Positions 13,136-26,721 of a stretch of 64,000 nt of DNA are shown in pieces (position 1 is the stretch's first letter; every line of letters starts with the position of its first letter). The stretch spans positions 248,001-312,000 of the forward strand of contig JASTWF010000328.1 in NCBI GenBank assembly GCA_030390025.1, in the 5' to 3' direction. The stretch is from Squalus acanthias. Lineage: Eukaryota. The translations under genes and the position numbers were made by a program. The notes beneath the pieces are model-generated. The model saw nothing but the letters and a program-made list of their open reading frames with translations. It was not told the origin of the DNA and made no database searches.

Positions 13136-14187
13136 TTACTATTAATATGCAACCTAAATTATTCCCAAATTCCCAGTTTCCTGTTCACTCCACAAACACT
13201 AACAATTCAACTTGTCAAAAATTAAAGAATTATCTATTATAATAATTTATCGAGTGCTCCAGATTGTGGGAGTAAATTATGCATTCTAACCACAATATCC
13301 GTAAATAATTGGATCTAACCTTACCTGTAATACTTCGAACTGGCCTAAATGTGTCCCATCTGAACAAACAGAGGTCGGAGGCGTATTCGGGAGAACATTC
13401 CGACCCGTGCAATAATTCCGAAAGTACCCGCTGGGGTCCAGGCCGTGAAGAGTTCCAGTCTTGGGCCTCCAGGCGGAGGCAGCGTAAAGCCCACAGATCC
13501 CAGTGACACAGGTGGTTCAGAATCATCCCTGGGATCTCGTGCGCCCCGTTCTCCAATGACAAAGGAGGATCCCGTTTTAATCATCTATGAAGGGAACCCC
13601 CTTATGATATGCAATGTAAACCCCAAATAATTATAAATGTACAGAATGCTAATAATTATAAATTTACTGAACTGCGATTTTATGCAAAAGATCCTTCATT
13701 GCACCAACCTCAATAAAAATTTAATTTTTTGATAAATAATTTTAAATATCTTAATCCGAGTCAATATTTGCATAAACTCATTTGATGTGTATGTGCATAA
13801 TTTTGGATTTTTAAATGTTTTATTTAAGTCTTGTATAAACCATTATGCTGATGCAAGCAGGCCCTGTGCCTGCTTTTAGCAGCCATAAGAGTTGCGTGGG
13901 CAATTGCTGGGCAGTTGTTGGGCAAATAGCCCAACGCTGCGCCAGCAATGGTCATTTTACAGGCGGTTCGGATGATCTGTTAAGCCATACATTGACGGAT
14001 CGCAAGTTCCGGCTCCAAAAGTTGCAAAGCCTTTCAAATGGATTACGGAGACTGTAATTTCAGGGCTATTTATTTCATCATGCGCGTTCAGAATCTTGAA
14101 GACTTCCATCAACTCCTAAATTAATCTTCTGGACTCTAGTGGCATGAGCCCAGATTATCAAATCCCCACCAAAACGCACGTCATACC

Positions 14188-14562
14188 GTGGCTGCAGTGT
14201 GTACCATCTACAAGATGCATTGCAGCACATCGCCAAGGTTTCTTCGGAAGCACCTCCCAAACCCGCGACCTCTTCCACCTAGAAGGACAAGGGCAGCAGG
14301 CGCATGAGAACACCACCACCTCCAAGATCCCCTCCAAGTCACACACCATCCTGACTTGGAAATATATTGCTGTTCCTTCATTGTCGCTGGGTCAAAATCC
14401 TGGAACTCCCTCCCTAACAGCTCTGTGGGAGTACCTTCACCACACGGACTGCAGCGTTCAAGAAGGCGGCTCACCACCACCTTCTGAAGGGCAACTAGGG
14501 ATGGGCAATACATGCTTACTTTGCCAGCGACGCCCACATCCCATGAACGAATTAAAAAAAAT
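14188..14562 (+). mobile_element. Family-2 LINE 3' fragment with A-tail
   Basis: Matches about 4045-4420. Confidence 0.85.
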
Positions 14563-14914
14563 AGCACATAACTCTTTATTTCTGATAACATCCCAGTGAA
14601 TCCGCAAGACCGTTTGCCATTTGTTAAAATGCCCTTCCTATAAATGGAGTGTCCAGAATTGAGTTTACACTACTGGGTAAATGACCTACTGCTGTGCCTT
14701 GGGTCTGGAGCGTCACTCCCCAGAGGAACATCAGGAAATTGAGCTCATTCAGTCTGCAAATTTTGTCAATTAAATTTAGTGGAAGACTTTCCACTCCACT
14801 CTGGTTACAGAGAGAATGACTGACAGATGAAATATTAATAGTTGCATATTTTTGTTTTCTTCCACATTTTAGATTCAGTAATTTTATTAGATCGTGCTTT
14901 TTTTTTGAGTTTGA

Positions 14915-15560
14915 ACTTTCAATCAATTAAACATTGTGAAAACTGAAGCCATCGTATTCTACCTCTCCCACAAACTCCGCCTCCTCACCACTTCATTTCA
15001 TCCTCCTACCAGACCACTGAGGCTGAAGCAGACTTTCCAAAATATCTTCATCCAACCTCGATCTGAATTCCGCACCCCATATACTTTCCATTTCAAAGAT
15101 CACCGACTTCTATCTCTGTAATACTGTCCATCTTCAGCCCTACCTCATTCCATCTGCTGCTGAACCCTCATCCAGGCCTTTGTCAACTCCAGACTCGACT
15201 ATTCCAAAGCTCCCCTGGCCGGCCTCCCACCCTGCCCCTCCATAAACTTCAGCTACTCTAAACTCTGCTGCCTGTACCCTGTTGTTCTGACTTTGGCCTC
15301 TTGTGCACCCCTTCCTTTACAGCACCACTGGTGACCAAGCGTTCAGTTGTCCAAGGCTCCACACTCTGTAATTCACTCTCTGAACCCCTCCGTCGCGCCA
15401 TCTCTCTCTCTCCTCCTTAAAATTTACAGTTCCTCTAGTTTTTGGTCATCTCTAATAGTATATCCTGCTTTATCTCGGGTCCATTGTCTGATTCGGTCTC
15501 TGTGAAGGGCCTTGGGACCTTCTTCTACGTTAAAGCCGCGATATAAATAAAAGTTGTTGA
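14915..15560 (+). mobile_element. L2 3' fragment, degraded
   Basis: KTEAIVF relic; tail tacgttaaagccgcgatataaataaaagttgttg. Confidence 0.65.
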
Positions 15561-16233
15561 TGATAAACATCCTGATTACATGCTGCATGTCTGCCTCGGT
15601 TACTGCGGTTTCATACTGGCAGTGGGCGTGCAAAATAATGGTTGTCAAACATGACTATCACCGAGCGACATGTCATTGGATTTTTCATTTTTTTTTGGTC
15701 CATTTATGTGACCGATCAATCAACAGTGGTTGTTTCGATTATTCGATGTAATTTCTCAGGTAGTTTTCAAGCAGCTTCCCTCACTTCAGATTCGTCCTTT
15801 CCCCGCCACTCGAGTTCCGATTCGCTGCTGTTTTAGTTCTCAGTAAATAACAAAGTGTGACAACAGGAAGTAAGTGTGAGATACGAGTGTATCATATTGT
15901 CAATCAGGAATCTGATGTCATGTTGGACACAAGCACAGAGAATACTAATGCCATTAAAAATATTACAGATTCTCAGTGATTCCTCGCTCTCCGAGAACAA
16001 TAGTTCTGATTTCTATTTTCCTTTTATCTCATTTATTTCCCGTTAATGATTGAATCAAGATGATTACACAATATTCTGACCATGTTCAGAATGGATCAGA
16101 CCCGGCCCAGTGACTGCTTTCTGTGCTCAAAACAACTGGGAGACCCCATCACTGAGCAGATCCTTTCCTTCTCATTCTCAGTGTTTGTCTTTCACTCTCT
16201 GCTACTCAATATATTAATTATTATTCTTTACAG

Positions 16234-16384
16234 AAAGTCACTGAGCTCGCGGAGAAGGGAAACCAAGCGGACAGTTCCGAACTACTCCTAAAACTGGTGA
16301 TGGAGAAAGGCTCTCGGGCCCGAAGTGTGATGTGGGAATCCTTTGTGAAAATGGACAAAATACTGAATGAAATGCAGGAACTTG
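16234..16384 (+). CDS. NLR exon 3A (C-terminal half of CARD-like domain; in-frame 21-nt deletion relative to 3B). No exon 4 or NACHT of its own follows.
   Basis: tttacag acceptor, G|gtacgg donor; [50 protein letters not shown]. Confidence 0.8.
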
Positions 16385-16407
16385 GTACGGTAAAAACACA
16401 CACTGAC

Positions 16408-17175
16408 ACCATGGGTGGCTCTGCTGCACAGGCTGGGAGGAAAAAGAGTGGAAGAGCTATAGTGATAGGGGACTCAATTGTAAGGGGGATAGATAGGCGT
16501 TTCTGCGGCCGCAAACGAGCCTCCAGGATGGTGTGTTGCCTCCCTGGTGCAAGGGTCAAGGAAGTCTCGGAGCGGCTACAGAACATTTTGGAGGGGGATG
16601 GCGAACAGCCAGTTGTCGTGGTGAACATAGGCACCAACGATATAGATAAAAAACGGGATGAGGTCCTAAAAGCAGAATATAGGGAGTTAGGAGGTAAATT
16701 AAAAAATAGGACCTAAAAGGTAGTAATCTCAGGATTGCTACCAGTGCCACATGCTAGTCAGAGTAGAAATAGGAGGATATTTCAAATGAATACGTGGCTA
16801 GAGGAATGGTGCAAGGGGGAGGGATTCAAATTCCTTGGACATTGGAACCGGTTCTGGGGGAGGTGGGACCAGTACAAACGGGACGGTCTGCACCTGGGCA
16901 GGGCCTGGACCGATGTCCTCGGGGGAGTGTTTGCTGGTGCTGTTGGGGAGGGCTTAAACTAAAGTTGCAGGGGGTTGGGAACCTGAGCAGGGAGACAGAG
17001 GAAAGGGAAACGAGGATAAAAGCAAAAGACAGGAAGGAGAAAAACAAAAGTAGAAGGCAAAGAACTCAACGGTTTAAATCAAATATGGTCACAGTAAATA
17101 ATAATTCATATAGGTCTGAGAGCGTTAAAAAAAACAAGCCTGAAGGCTTTGTGTCTTAATGCAAGGAGCATTCGG
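16408..17175 (+). mobile_element. CR1 fragment: ORF1 SGNH-esterase region to the start of the ORF2 endonuclease
   Basis: GDSIVRG, IGTND, DGLHL motifs; LCLNARSI. Confidence 0.9.
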
Positions 17176-18815
17176 AAGGATGGGCCCAGAGAGATCAGTC
17201 ATTGTGAAAGCCGGTTAGGATGGGCCCAGTGAGATCAGACCGTGTGTAACCCGGAAGAGTTCAGTGAGACCAGACAATGTGTATCCCGGGAAAAGGGACA
17301 CAGTGAGATCAGACAGTGTGTAACCCGGTGAGGATGGGACCAGTGAGATAAGACAGTGTGGAACCCGGAGAGGATGGGCCCAATGAGATCAGACGGTGTC
17401 TAACCCGAGAATGATGGGCCCAGCGAGATCAGACATTGTGTAACTCGGTTAGGATGGGACCAGTGAGATCAGACAGTGTCTAAACCGGGGTGGATGGGTC
17501 TACTTAGATCAGAAAGTGTGTAACCCGGGGAGGATACGCCCAGTTTGATCAGACAGTGTTTAGCCCGGGGATGACTGGCCCACTGAGATCAGACAGTATG
17601 GAACACGGGGGGCGGGGGGGGCGATGTTCGAATGGAGATCAGACAGTGTGTAACCCGGGGACGATGGGCCCAGTGAGATCAGACAGTGTGTAACCCGGGT
17701 TGGATAGGCGCAGTGCGATCAGACAGTGTGTAACCCGGGGAGGATGGGCCAAGTGAGATCGGACAGTGTGTAACCCTTAGAGATTGGGACCAGTGAGATC
17801 AGACAGTTTCTAAACCGGGGTGGATGGGTCCACTTAGATCAGAAAGTGTGTAACCCGGGGAGGATAGGCCGAGTTTGATCAGGCAGTGTGTAAGCCGGGG
17901 AGGATGGGGCACAGTGAATTAGTGTGTGTATAAACCGGGGAAGAAGGAGCAGTGAGATGATTGTGTGTAACCCGTGGTGAATGCGTCCAGTGAGATCAGA
18001 CAGTGTGTAACCCGGGGAGGATGAGCCAGTGAGGTCAGACAGTGTGCATCCCGGGGAGGATGGGCCCAATGAGATCGGACAGTGTGTAACCAGGGGAGCA
18101 TGGGCCCAGTGAGATCAGAAAATGTGTTGGCTGGGGAGGATGGGCCCAGCGGGTTAAGTCATTGTGTAACCCGGGGAGGATGGGCCCAGTGAGATCAGAC
18201 ACTGTGTGAACCGGGGATAATGGCCCCAGTGAGATCAGACACTGTGTGAACCGGGGATAATGGCCCCAGTGAGATCAGACAGTGTGTAACCAGGGTAGGA
18301 TGAGCCCAGTGGATCAGACAGTATGGAATCCGGGGGGGGGGGGGGGGGGGGGTGCGTGGGCGAATGGAGATCAGACACTGTGTAACCCGGGGAGGATGGG
18401 CCCAGTGAGATCAGACAGTGTGTAACCCGGTGAGGATGGGCCAAGTGAGATCAGACAGATTTTATTCGGGGAGGACGGGCCAATTGAGATCAGACATTGA
18501 GTAACCTGTGCTGGATTGGCCAATTGAGACCAATCTGTGTATAAACCGGGGAGGATGGGCTTAGTGAGATCAGACAGTATTTAACCCGGGGAGGATGGGC
18601 CCAGTCAAATCAGACAGTGTGTAACCCGGGGAGGTTGGGTCCAGTTAGATCAGACAGTGTGTAACCCGGGGAGGATGGGCCCGGTGAGAACAGACAGTGT
18701 GTAACCCTGGGAGGATGGGCCCAGTGAGATCAGACAGTGTGTAACCCGGGGAGTTTGGGACAAGTGAGATCAGACAGTGTGTAGCCCGGGGAAGATGTAT
18801 GAGTGAGATCAGACA
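17176..18815. repeat. 40-nt satellite, ~40 diverged copies (cagtgagatcagacagtgtgtaacccggggaggatgggcc)
   Basis: Visible 40-nt periodicity. Confidence 0.95.
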
Positions 18816-19260
18816 GTGTGGTGTCGGTGTTGGGCTGTGTCAGTGGGATGTGGTTGTAGGGCTGGGTGAGTGAGGTTTGGGTTTAGGTCTGGGTCAGTGG
18901 GGTGTGTAGCGTGGTCAGTGGGATGTCGATATGTGGCTAGGTCAGTGGGTGTCTGTGTCGGGGCTGGGTCAGTGGGGTGTGGGTGTGGGGCTGGGTCAGT
19001 GGGGTGTGGGTGTGGGGCTGGGTCAGTGGGGTGTGGGGCTGTGTCTTGGGTGTGGTGCTGGGTCAGTGGGGTGTTGGTGTAGGGCTGGGTCAGTGGGGTG
19101 TGGGTGTGGGACTGGGTCAGTGGGGTGTGGGTGTGGGGCTGGGTCAGTGGGGTGTGGGTGTGGGGCTGGGTCAGTGGGGTGTGGGACTGGGTCAGTGGGT
19201 TGTGGGTGTGGGTCAGTGGGGTGTGGGTGTGGGACTGGGTCAGTAGAGTGTAGTTGCAGG
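18816..19260. repeat. 27-nt G/T-rich minisatellite (ggggctgggtcagtggggtgtgggtgt)
   Basis: GLGQWGVGV repeats in the ORF track. Confidence 0.92.
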
Positions 19261-19689
19261 GCTGAGGTGGGAGGATTCTCCTGTGGAGCATAATCACCGG
19301 CTTGTACCGTTTGGGCCCAATAGCCTACTTCTGTTCTGTACATTCTGTGTAATTCTGTGTCAAGTGGGAGGCCAAAACATCACATTTTCTGAAGCAGTTT
19401 TGTAAAACAGAACTATTGGAAGCTTTGTTCTTATTTTGAAGCCTGCAACAAGTGAACTCCTCCAGTGGAACTGGAGATTCCCGTCACCCAGCTAGAGCAT
19501 GTAGAATGTTCTGCAACTTGAAATGAGTTTAACCGTTTCTAAACTATTAAACTACAAATGGGAATTGTGTACTTCAGAGGAGAGAGTTTGATCAAAGAGA
19601 CTCGCCCAGTTTGACACGTGGGTGAAGAGTTTGACATGTTTATCTCCATCTCCCCATCTCCGCTCAGTGTTATGTCGCCTCCCGAAGCT

Positions 19690-20968
19690 CTGCCGAACTT
19701 TCTCACAACTCCATGTTTCCGCTCCTACCACAGCACTGAATTGACAATAATAAAAGTCACAAATGAAACGTTCTATGACTGACCGTGGTAAACTTTCCCT
19801 CCTCATTCTTCTCGACCTCTGCAATCTTTGACACGATCGAACACAACATCCTCCAACGCTTCACCCCCGTTGTCCAGCTCAGTGGGACTGACCTCGCTTG
19901 GCTGCACATTTTCCCGTCCAGTCGTACCCAGGGATTCTTCCTCAATGGCTTCTCTTCCTGCTCCCGGACTGTTCACACTGGAGTACCCCATTGATCGCCC
20001 CTCGCCCCCTCCTATTTCTGTTCTACATGGAGACATTATCCGAAGACAAGAGACCAGCTATCACATGCACGCTGACAACACTCTGCTCCACATCTCACCA
20101 ACTCTCTCCACCCATCCACTGCCTCTGCTTTCTCACGCTGCTTGGCTGACATCCATTCTGAGATGAGAGACATATTTCCCAAATTTAACATTTGGAAGAC
20201 CGAAGACATGGTCTACAGCCCTCGCCGCCAATTCTTTCCCCTCGCCAATGATTCCATCCCTGTCCCAGTCTGTGTCTCGGATTGAACCAGACTGTTTACA
20301 ATCTCGGCGTTCGATTTAACGCCAAGCTGAGCTTCCGACCCGATAGTCTCTCCATCACAAAGACGGCCTAAATCCAATTCCGTGGCATTATCCATCTTCG
20401 CCCCTGCATCAGCCCACCTGCTGCTGAAATCCTCATCCATGCTTTTATCACCCGGAGACCTGATTTTTCCAGTGCTCTTCGCGTCACTTTACTCCTTTCA
20501 TCCTCCGTAAACTTAACCGCATGAAAAACCCTGCTCTCCATCACCCTGTCCTTTTGAACCTACATTGGCTCCCGGTCCTTCAACACATCCAAATTAAAAT
20601 TCTCATCCTCGAGTTTAAATCCCTTCATGGTCTCATCGCTCGCTCTCTCTGGAACATCTTCCAGCCCAACAATCCTACACCTCTCTGTTCCTCCGACTCG
20701 TGCCTCTTGTGCATTTCATCCTCTCCTCCCCCCATCTATGGAGGCTGTGCCTTCGGCTGTCCCGCTTCTCTGCACTGAAATTCCCCACCTAAACCTCTCC
20801 TCCTCCCTCCTTCTTTAAGACACTCCTAAAACTCACTTATTTGACTAATCTCTGACCAAACTTCCTTCTACCCGCTTTATTCAGCGGCCACCTTTTGTCT
20901 GATTCAGCTGTGAGGCGCCTTGCGATGTTTTTAGATGTTAAAAGCGCTGTAGAAATGTAAGATGTTGT
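19690..20968 (+). mobile_element. L2-type LINE 3' half, degraded
   Basis: SAIFDTIEHNILQR; HPVLLNLHWLPV; tail gttaaaagcgctgtagaaatgtaagatgttgttg. Confidence 0.8.
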
Positions 20969-21244
20969 TGTGTGTTTATTGTACTCGTGTCAGCGTGAGT
21001 GACACAGCAGGTAACTGAATCTTAAAAGTTTTCAAACTTAGTTACAGCTTAATTCTGGAGAATAACTTCAACTATATTTTGGAAAAATTACTGTTCCTGG
21101 ACTGAATCACATTTCCATTTCCACAGTGGGGAAAGGAAAGGACGCTGACTGAGAGTTTGATTGGGCACACACACAGTGAAACACGCGCACAAGTGGAGAA
21201 TATTCACTGTAAAACAACAGTCAAATCTACCACTTATAGTAGTG

Positions 21245-23665
21245 ATAATGGGAGACTTAATTATCCTAATATAGACTGGGATAGTAATCCTGAAAAGGGC
21301 AGAGACGGGGAAGAATGTCTGAAGTGTGTTCAGGAGAACTTTCTTGAGTGCTACGTTTCAGGCCCAGCGACGAAGGAGGCATTGGTGGATCTGGTTCTGG
21401 GTAATTAGGTGTGTCAAGTGGAGCAAGTGTCAGTAGGTGACCATTTAGGGAACAGTGATCATAGTATCATAAGGTTTAGATTAGCTAGGGAAAAGGACAG
21501 GGAGCAGTCTAGAGTAAAAAATAATTAATTGGCGGAAGGCAAATTTCAGTGGGTTGAGAATGGATCTGGCCCGGGTAAATTGGAATCAAATATTGGCAGG
21601 CAAAAGGCTGCTTTTAAAGAGGAGATGGTTCGAGTACAGTCGAGGTACTTTCTCACGAGTGGGAAAGGTAGGGCAACCAAAATCAGAGATTCCTGGATGA
21701 CGAAAGAGACAGAGTAAGATGAAGCAGAAAAAGGATGTCAGGTTGAACCAGGCTAAATATAGAAAGTTCAGACGGGAAGCGAAAAAGGAAATAAGAGGGG
21801 AAAAGAGAGAGTCTGAGAATAGATTGGCAAGTAACATAAAAGAAATCCAAAAGTCTTCTATAGTTATATAAATAATAAACCGGTAGTAAGAGGACGGGTG
21901 GGGCCGATTAGGGATCAAAATGGAGACCTACGCATGGAGGCAGAGGGCGTGGCTGAGATATTGAATGAGTACTTTGCATGTGTCTTTACCAAGGAAGAAG
22001 ATGCTGCCAAAGTCATAGTGAAAGAGGAGGTAGTCGAGATACTGGATGGGATAAAAATTGATAAAGAGGAGGTACTAGAAAGGCTGGCTTTACTTAAAGT
22101 AGATAAGTCACCAGGACCCAATGCAATGCATCCTAGGATGCTGTGGGAGGTAACGGTGGAAATTGCAGAGGTACTGGCCATAATCTTCCAATCCTCCTTG
22201 GATACGGGGCTGGTTCCAGAGTACTGGAGAATTGCAAATGTTACACCCTTGTTCAAAAAATGGAGTAAGGATAAACCCAGCAACTACAGGCCAGTCAGTT
22301 TAACCTCGGTAGTGGGGAAACTTTTAGAAACGATAATCCGGGACGAAATGAACAGTCACTTGGACAAGTATGGATTAATTAAGGAAAGCCAGCACGAATT
22401 TGTTAAAGGGAAACCGTGTTTAACTAAATTGAGTTGTTTGATGAGGTAACAGAGAATGTTGATGAGGGCAATGCTGATGATGTGTACATGGACTTCCAAA
22501 AGGCGTTTGATAATTGGCTTGCCAGAAAAGTTGAAGCCCATGTAATAAAAGGGGCAGTGGCAGCATGTATACGAAATTGGCTAAGTGAGAGGACACATAT
22601 AGTATTGGTGAACGGTTGTTTTTCGGACTGGAGGAAGGTACACAGTGATGTTCCCCAGGGATTGGTGATAGGACCACTGCTTTTCTTGATATATATTAAT
22701 GACGTAGACTTAGGTGTACAGGTGTACAGTTTCAAAATTTGCAGATGACACAAAACTTGGAAGTATACTGAACAGTGATGAGTATAGTGATAGAATTCAA
22801 GAATACATAGACAGGCTGGTGGAATGGGCGGCCACGTGGCAGAAGAAATTTATTGCAGAAAAGTGCGAAATGATATATTTTGATTCGAAGAACGAGGAGA
22901 GCAATATAAACTAAACGGAACAATTCTAAAGGGCGTGCATGAACAGAGACACCTGGGGTATATGTGCACAATTCGTTGAATGTGGCATGGCAGGTTGAGA
23001 AAGGGGTTAAAACAGCATACGCGATCCTGGGCTTCATAAATAGAGGTATAGAGTTCAAAAGCAAGGAAGTAATGATGAACCTTTATATAAAAACTGGTTC
23101 TGCTTCAACTGCAGCATTGTGTCCAATTCTGGGCACCGTACTTTAGGAAGGATGTGAAGGCCTTAGAGAAGGCGCAGAGAATATTTACGAGAATGGTTCC
23201 AGAGATGAGGGACTTCAGTTACATGGATAGACTGGAGAAGCTGGGTTTGTTCTCCTTAGAGCAGAGAAGGTTGAGAGGAAATTTGATTGAGGTGTTCAAA
23301 ATCATGAGGGGTCTCCACAGCGTAGATGGAGAGAAACTGTTCCCATTGGCGGTAGGGTCGAGAACCAGAGGACACAGATTTACGATGATTGGCAGAAGAA
23401 TCAAAGGCGACATGAGGAAAAGCTGTTTTACGCAGCGAGTGGTTAGGATCTGGAATGCACTGCCTGAAAGGGTGGTGGAGGCTGATTCAATCGTGGCTTT
23501 TAAAAGGAATTGGATAAGTACCCGAAGGAAAAAAATGCAGGGCTGCGGGAAAAGTGTGGGGGAGTGGGATTGGCTGAAGTGCTCTTGCAGAGAGTCGGCA
23601 CGGGCTCGACGGGCCGAATGGCCTCCTTCTGTAACCATTCTATGATTCTATCTTTCTATGATTCT
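21245..23665 (+). mobile_element. CR1 LINE ORF2 (end of EN, RT, 3' UTR), frameshifted
   Basis: [27 protein letters not shown]; tail attctatgattcta repeats. Confidence 0.93.
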
Positions 23666-24329
23666 ACATGGCACGGGCTCATTAGTCAGGTGCTGACACC
23701 ATGAGAGATATGGTCAATACATTCAAATAGAAGCACCAACCAGGACACATCTCCATGAACACACGGACAATGTCACTGCCCATAGAGACCAGAGGGTTCA
23801 CACCCAGATATATGTTGTGTTTGGATATATATCATATTCATAAACTACCAGAATTTAATATCAAAACTCAACAAATCAAAAATATTAAAAACAAACCTGT
23901 GAATAAAAATAATACAACACGCCCACACTGTGTAAAACCGAGTGAAGGATCATATAGTTCATCAATGATCACCCGCTTGTTATTTCCCTGCAGAATATTC
24001 TCTACTCCAGTAATAAGGCTGGTTTTGGCCTGCACTGTGCGAGTAAATCTCACCAATAGGCGCTCCCAGTGCAGAGTCTGGGCCGACAGGAGCCCGTCTG
24101 GAACTCGGTTGTGGAGATCAGCGGGACTCTCTGGATTTCACTGGGCAGCTGTCTGTGTCACACCTGATGTGGAGAGTTGATCGTAACACTCGGGAAATGC
24201 TCGATCCCGGAGCTAACAGCTGTTGTACTGATGGGGGAGGAGGGACTTAATATCATGTTTAACCAGGCAACGTTCTCCTTCTCATTTTAATATTTCCATC
24301 TAACTCTCCTGTTAATATATTTGTTACAG

Positions 24330-24425
24330 AACATCAGAATCTGGGAACGCCTGTCACCACCATGGCCGAAGGTCCAAACAGGAGAGAAGATCCAATATCT
24401 TCAACAAGACTGAGTATGGACACAG
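24330..24425 (+). CDS. NLR leader exon 1C (ATG 24362; MAEGPNRREDPISSTRLSMDT)
   Basis: ttgttacag acceptor, ccaccATGG, CAG|gtgggt donor; 96 nt like exons 1A and 1B. Confidence 0.7.
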
Positions 24426-24520
24426 GTGGGTTCACAAAATTATTAAAATATAATTTCTGTCCTGACAAATGGTCCAGATCTCGTGCAAGAACCTGAGCTT
24501 ACAAAGGAAGAGGAAACTTA

Positions 24521-25285
24521 TTGGCCCAGAAATTTGACTCGGAGGCTTGCCGTGGTGGTAAGGATCGCGCGCGACCTTACCTACCGCGCCTGCCGTTGTG
24601 TTTCGGGCCCACACGAACTTCTGGTCCTGGGCCTCTCCCTGGTGCCGGCGCGCAGTGTGTGCGTGTCCCAGAGGCGCAGTTAGTTTGATGCGGCCTCTGG
24701 GATCACGTGGGCCATGGAGAGCCAATGGCAGCACACCATCTTTCATTCATAGATTTGACAGGAGAACTGTCAAAACTATGAATACAAATTGCCCCCAAAA
24801 GAACAGCTAAACCTCAAATATTTTTTTTAAAAACCATCACATTAATAAAATAACTATAGTTAAATAAATTAACCACTTTAAACAAAAATTTAATTTTTGA
24901 AAAAATTTAAATTCTTTTTAAACGTTATAAAAATAAACTTACCTTTCTTTAAAGTCTCTAAAAAAGATAAAACTGTTGAAAAAAATTTAAAATAATACTT
25001 AATTAACTACTTACCTTGTTAAAAGAGGGTCTTACGCCTCCTTTCTTCATGTGTAAAATATTCCATACTTACCTTCGCGTTGAAACCTGAAAAAAAACCT
25101 AAGTGTGCTGCGTGCGCACAGCCTGTAGTGCGCACGCGGTTCACTTAGGAACCGCCCCCTCGCCATACCAGAAGTGCCGGTTTCCCGTGCATGCGCAGTG
25201 CATGCAGGAAACCGGCACTTCGGGACCGAATACGCGAGAGTACACAGTTCGTACTCTCCCGTATTCAGCCGAATTTTTGGGCCAT
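24521..25285. mobile_element. Non-autonomous TIR element (MITE-like), TA-flanked, with several internal hairpins
   Basis: Ends TA-ttggcccagaaattt and gaatttttgggccat-TA; absent at the paralogous sites (~7520, ~37000). Confidence 0.65.
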
Positions 25286-25287
25286 TA

Positions 25288-25592
25288 TAAGAAATAGGAG
25301 TACGCCATTCAGCTCTTCGAGCCTGCTCTGCAATTAGTATCCAATAATCTATCGATCTTTGTCTTGAATATACTCAACAACTGAGCATCCACAGCCTCTG
25401 TGGTAGAGAATTCCAAAGATTCATAACCCTTTGAGTGAAGATATTTCTCCTCACTTTAGTCCTAAATGTCTGACCCCCTTATTCTGAGACTCTGAACCCT
25501 AGTACTAGACTCACCAGGCAGTGGAAACATCCTCCCAGCATCTACCCTGTCAAGCCCCTTAAGAATTTCATGTTTCAATGTAACCACCTCAT
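25288..25592 (-). mobile_element. CR1 3' end fragment
   Basis: ataagaaataggag tail; similar to 46141-46560. Confidence 0.8.
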
Positions 25593-26004
25593 GGAACTGG
25601 GCAGGGGTTGAGTACAAAGCAGGAAGTGAGTGAACATCTAGAGGGGCACTGCAGTCACAGGTGGAGTGAGCCCCTGAGTACTGGAACTGTCCAATAGATG
25701 CCTGGTATTGGGGACTATAAGGTGGATAGAGACAGTGACTCAGAGGATGGTCTTCCGAAGCAACAGTGTGACACCAGGGAGTAGGAGGTCACCTCGAGTG
25801 TTGGGGGGCAGGAGGTTGACAGCAGTTTACCCAAAGGAATAGGAGAACGATAAAAGTGTCTGATTCGACAGTTTGGGGAATAGACAGCTTCTGGTGCCAG
25901 ATGAAATAAAATGTTAGAACGGGTGTGACCTTTTCTGGAAAGACAAGGAGAGCAGAAAATACTTCCGGTCAAAACCAATAACACAACTCGAAATCCATTT
26001 TATA

Positions 26005-26700
26005 AAAATAATTTTCAAGTTGCGAGTGTCACTGGCAAGCTCGGCATTTATTGCCCATTCCTGGTTGCCCTTGAATAGGTGGTGGAAGGCTGCCTTCTTG
26101 AATCGCTGCGGTCCACATGGTGAAGGTGCTCCTTCAGTGCTTTTAGGTAGGGAGTTCCAAAGTTGAGATCCAGCGACAATGAAGAAGCAGTGATGTCCAC
26201 TGTTCATGTTAGGATGTTGTGTCATTTTAAGGGGTACTTGGAGGTGATGCTATTCCCTTGCACCTGCTTCCCTCGTCCTTCTATTGGTAAATGTCATGGG
26301 TTTGGGTGGTGCTGTTAACGATAGCTTGGCGAGTTACTTGAGTGCATACTGGAGACAGCACACTGTAGCCACGGCCCGCCAGTGGTGGAGGGTGTGAATA
26401 TTTACCCAGTGGATGGGGTGCTGATCAAGCTGAATACTTTGTGCTGAATTGTGTCGAGCTTCATGAGTGTTGTTGCAATTTGCACTCGTCCAGACAAATG
26501 TAGAGCGTTCCATCACTTCCTGACGTGCCTAGTAGGCGGGGGAATTAACTTGGGTTGAGGTGGTGAGCCACTTGCCACAGAAACCCAGCCTCTGGCCTGC
26601 TCCAGTAGGTACGCTCTTTATGTGGCTGCTGCAGTACAATTATTGGATTATGTGGGGGGCTTGGTGATGGTAATGTCATTGACTCTCATGGGAATGTGGT
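26005..26700 (-). mobile_element. Family-2 LINE 3' fragment, degraded
   Basis: FFIVAGSQLWNSLP...RFKKAA on the minus strand. Confidence 0.8.
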
Positions 26701-26721
26701 TGAGGAGATGGAGATGACAAG

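Noticed and set aside
17176..18815. CRISPR-like regular repeats
   Set aside because: Head-to-tail satellite with no unique spacers, no cas genes, eukaryotic context
18816..19260. Immunoglobulin switch-like region (TGGGG/GGGCT motifs)
   Set aside because: Short, lacks AGCT density, and no Ig exons nearby
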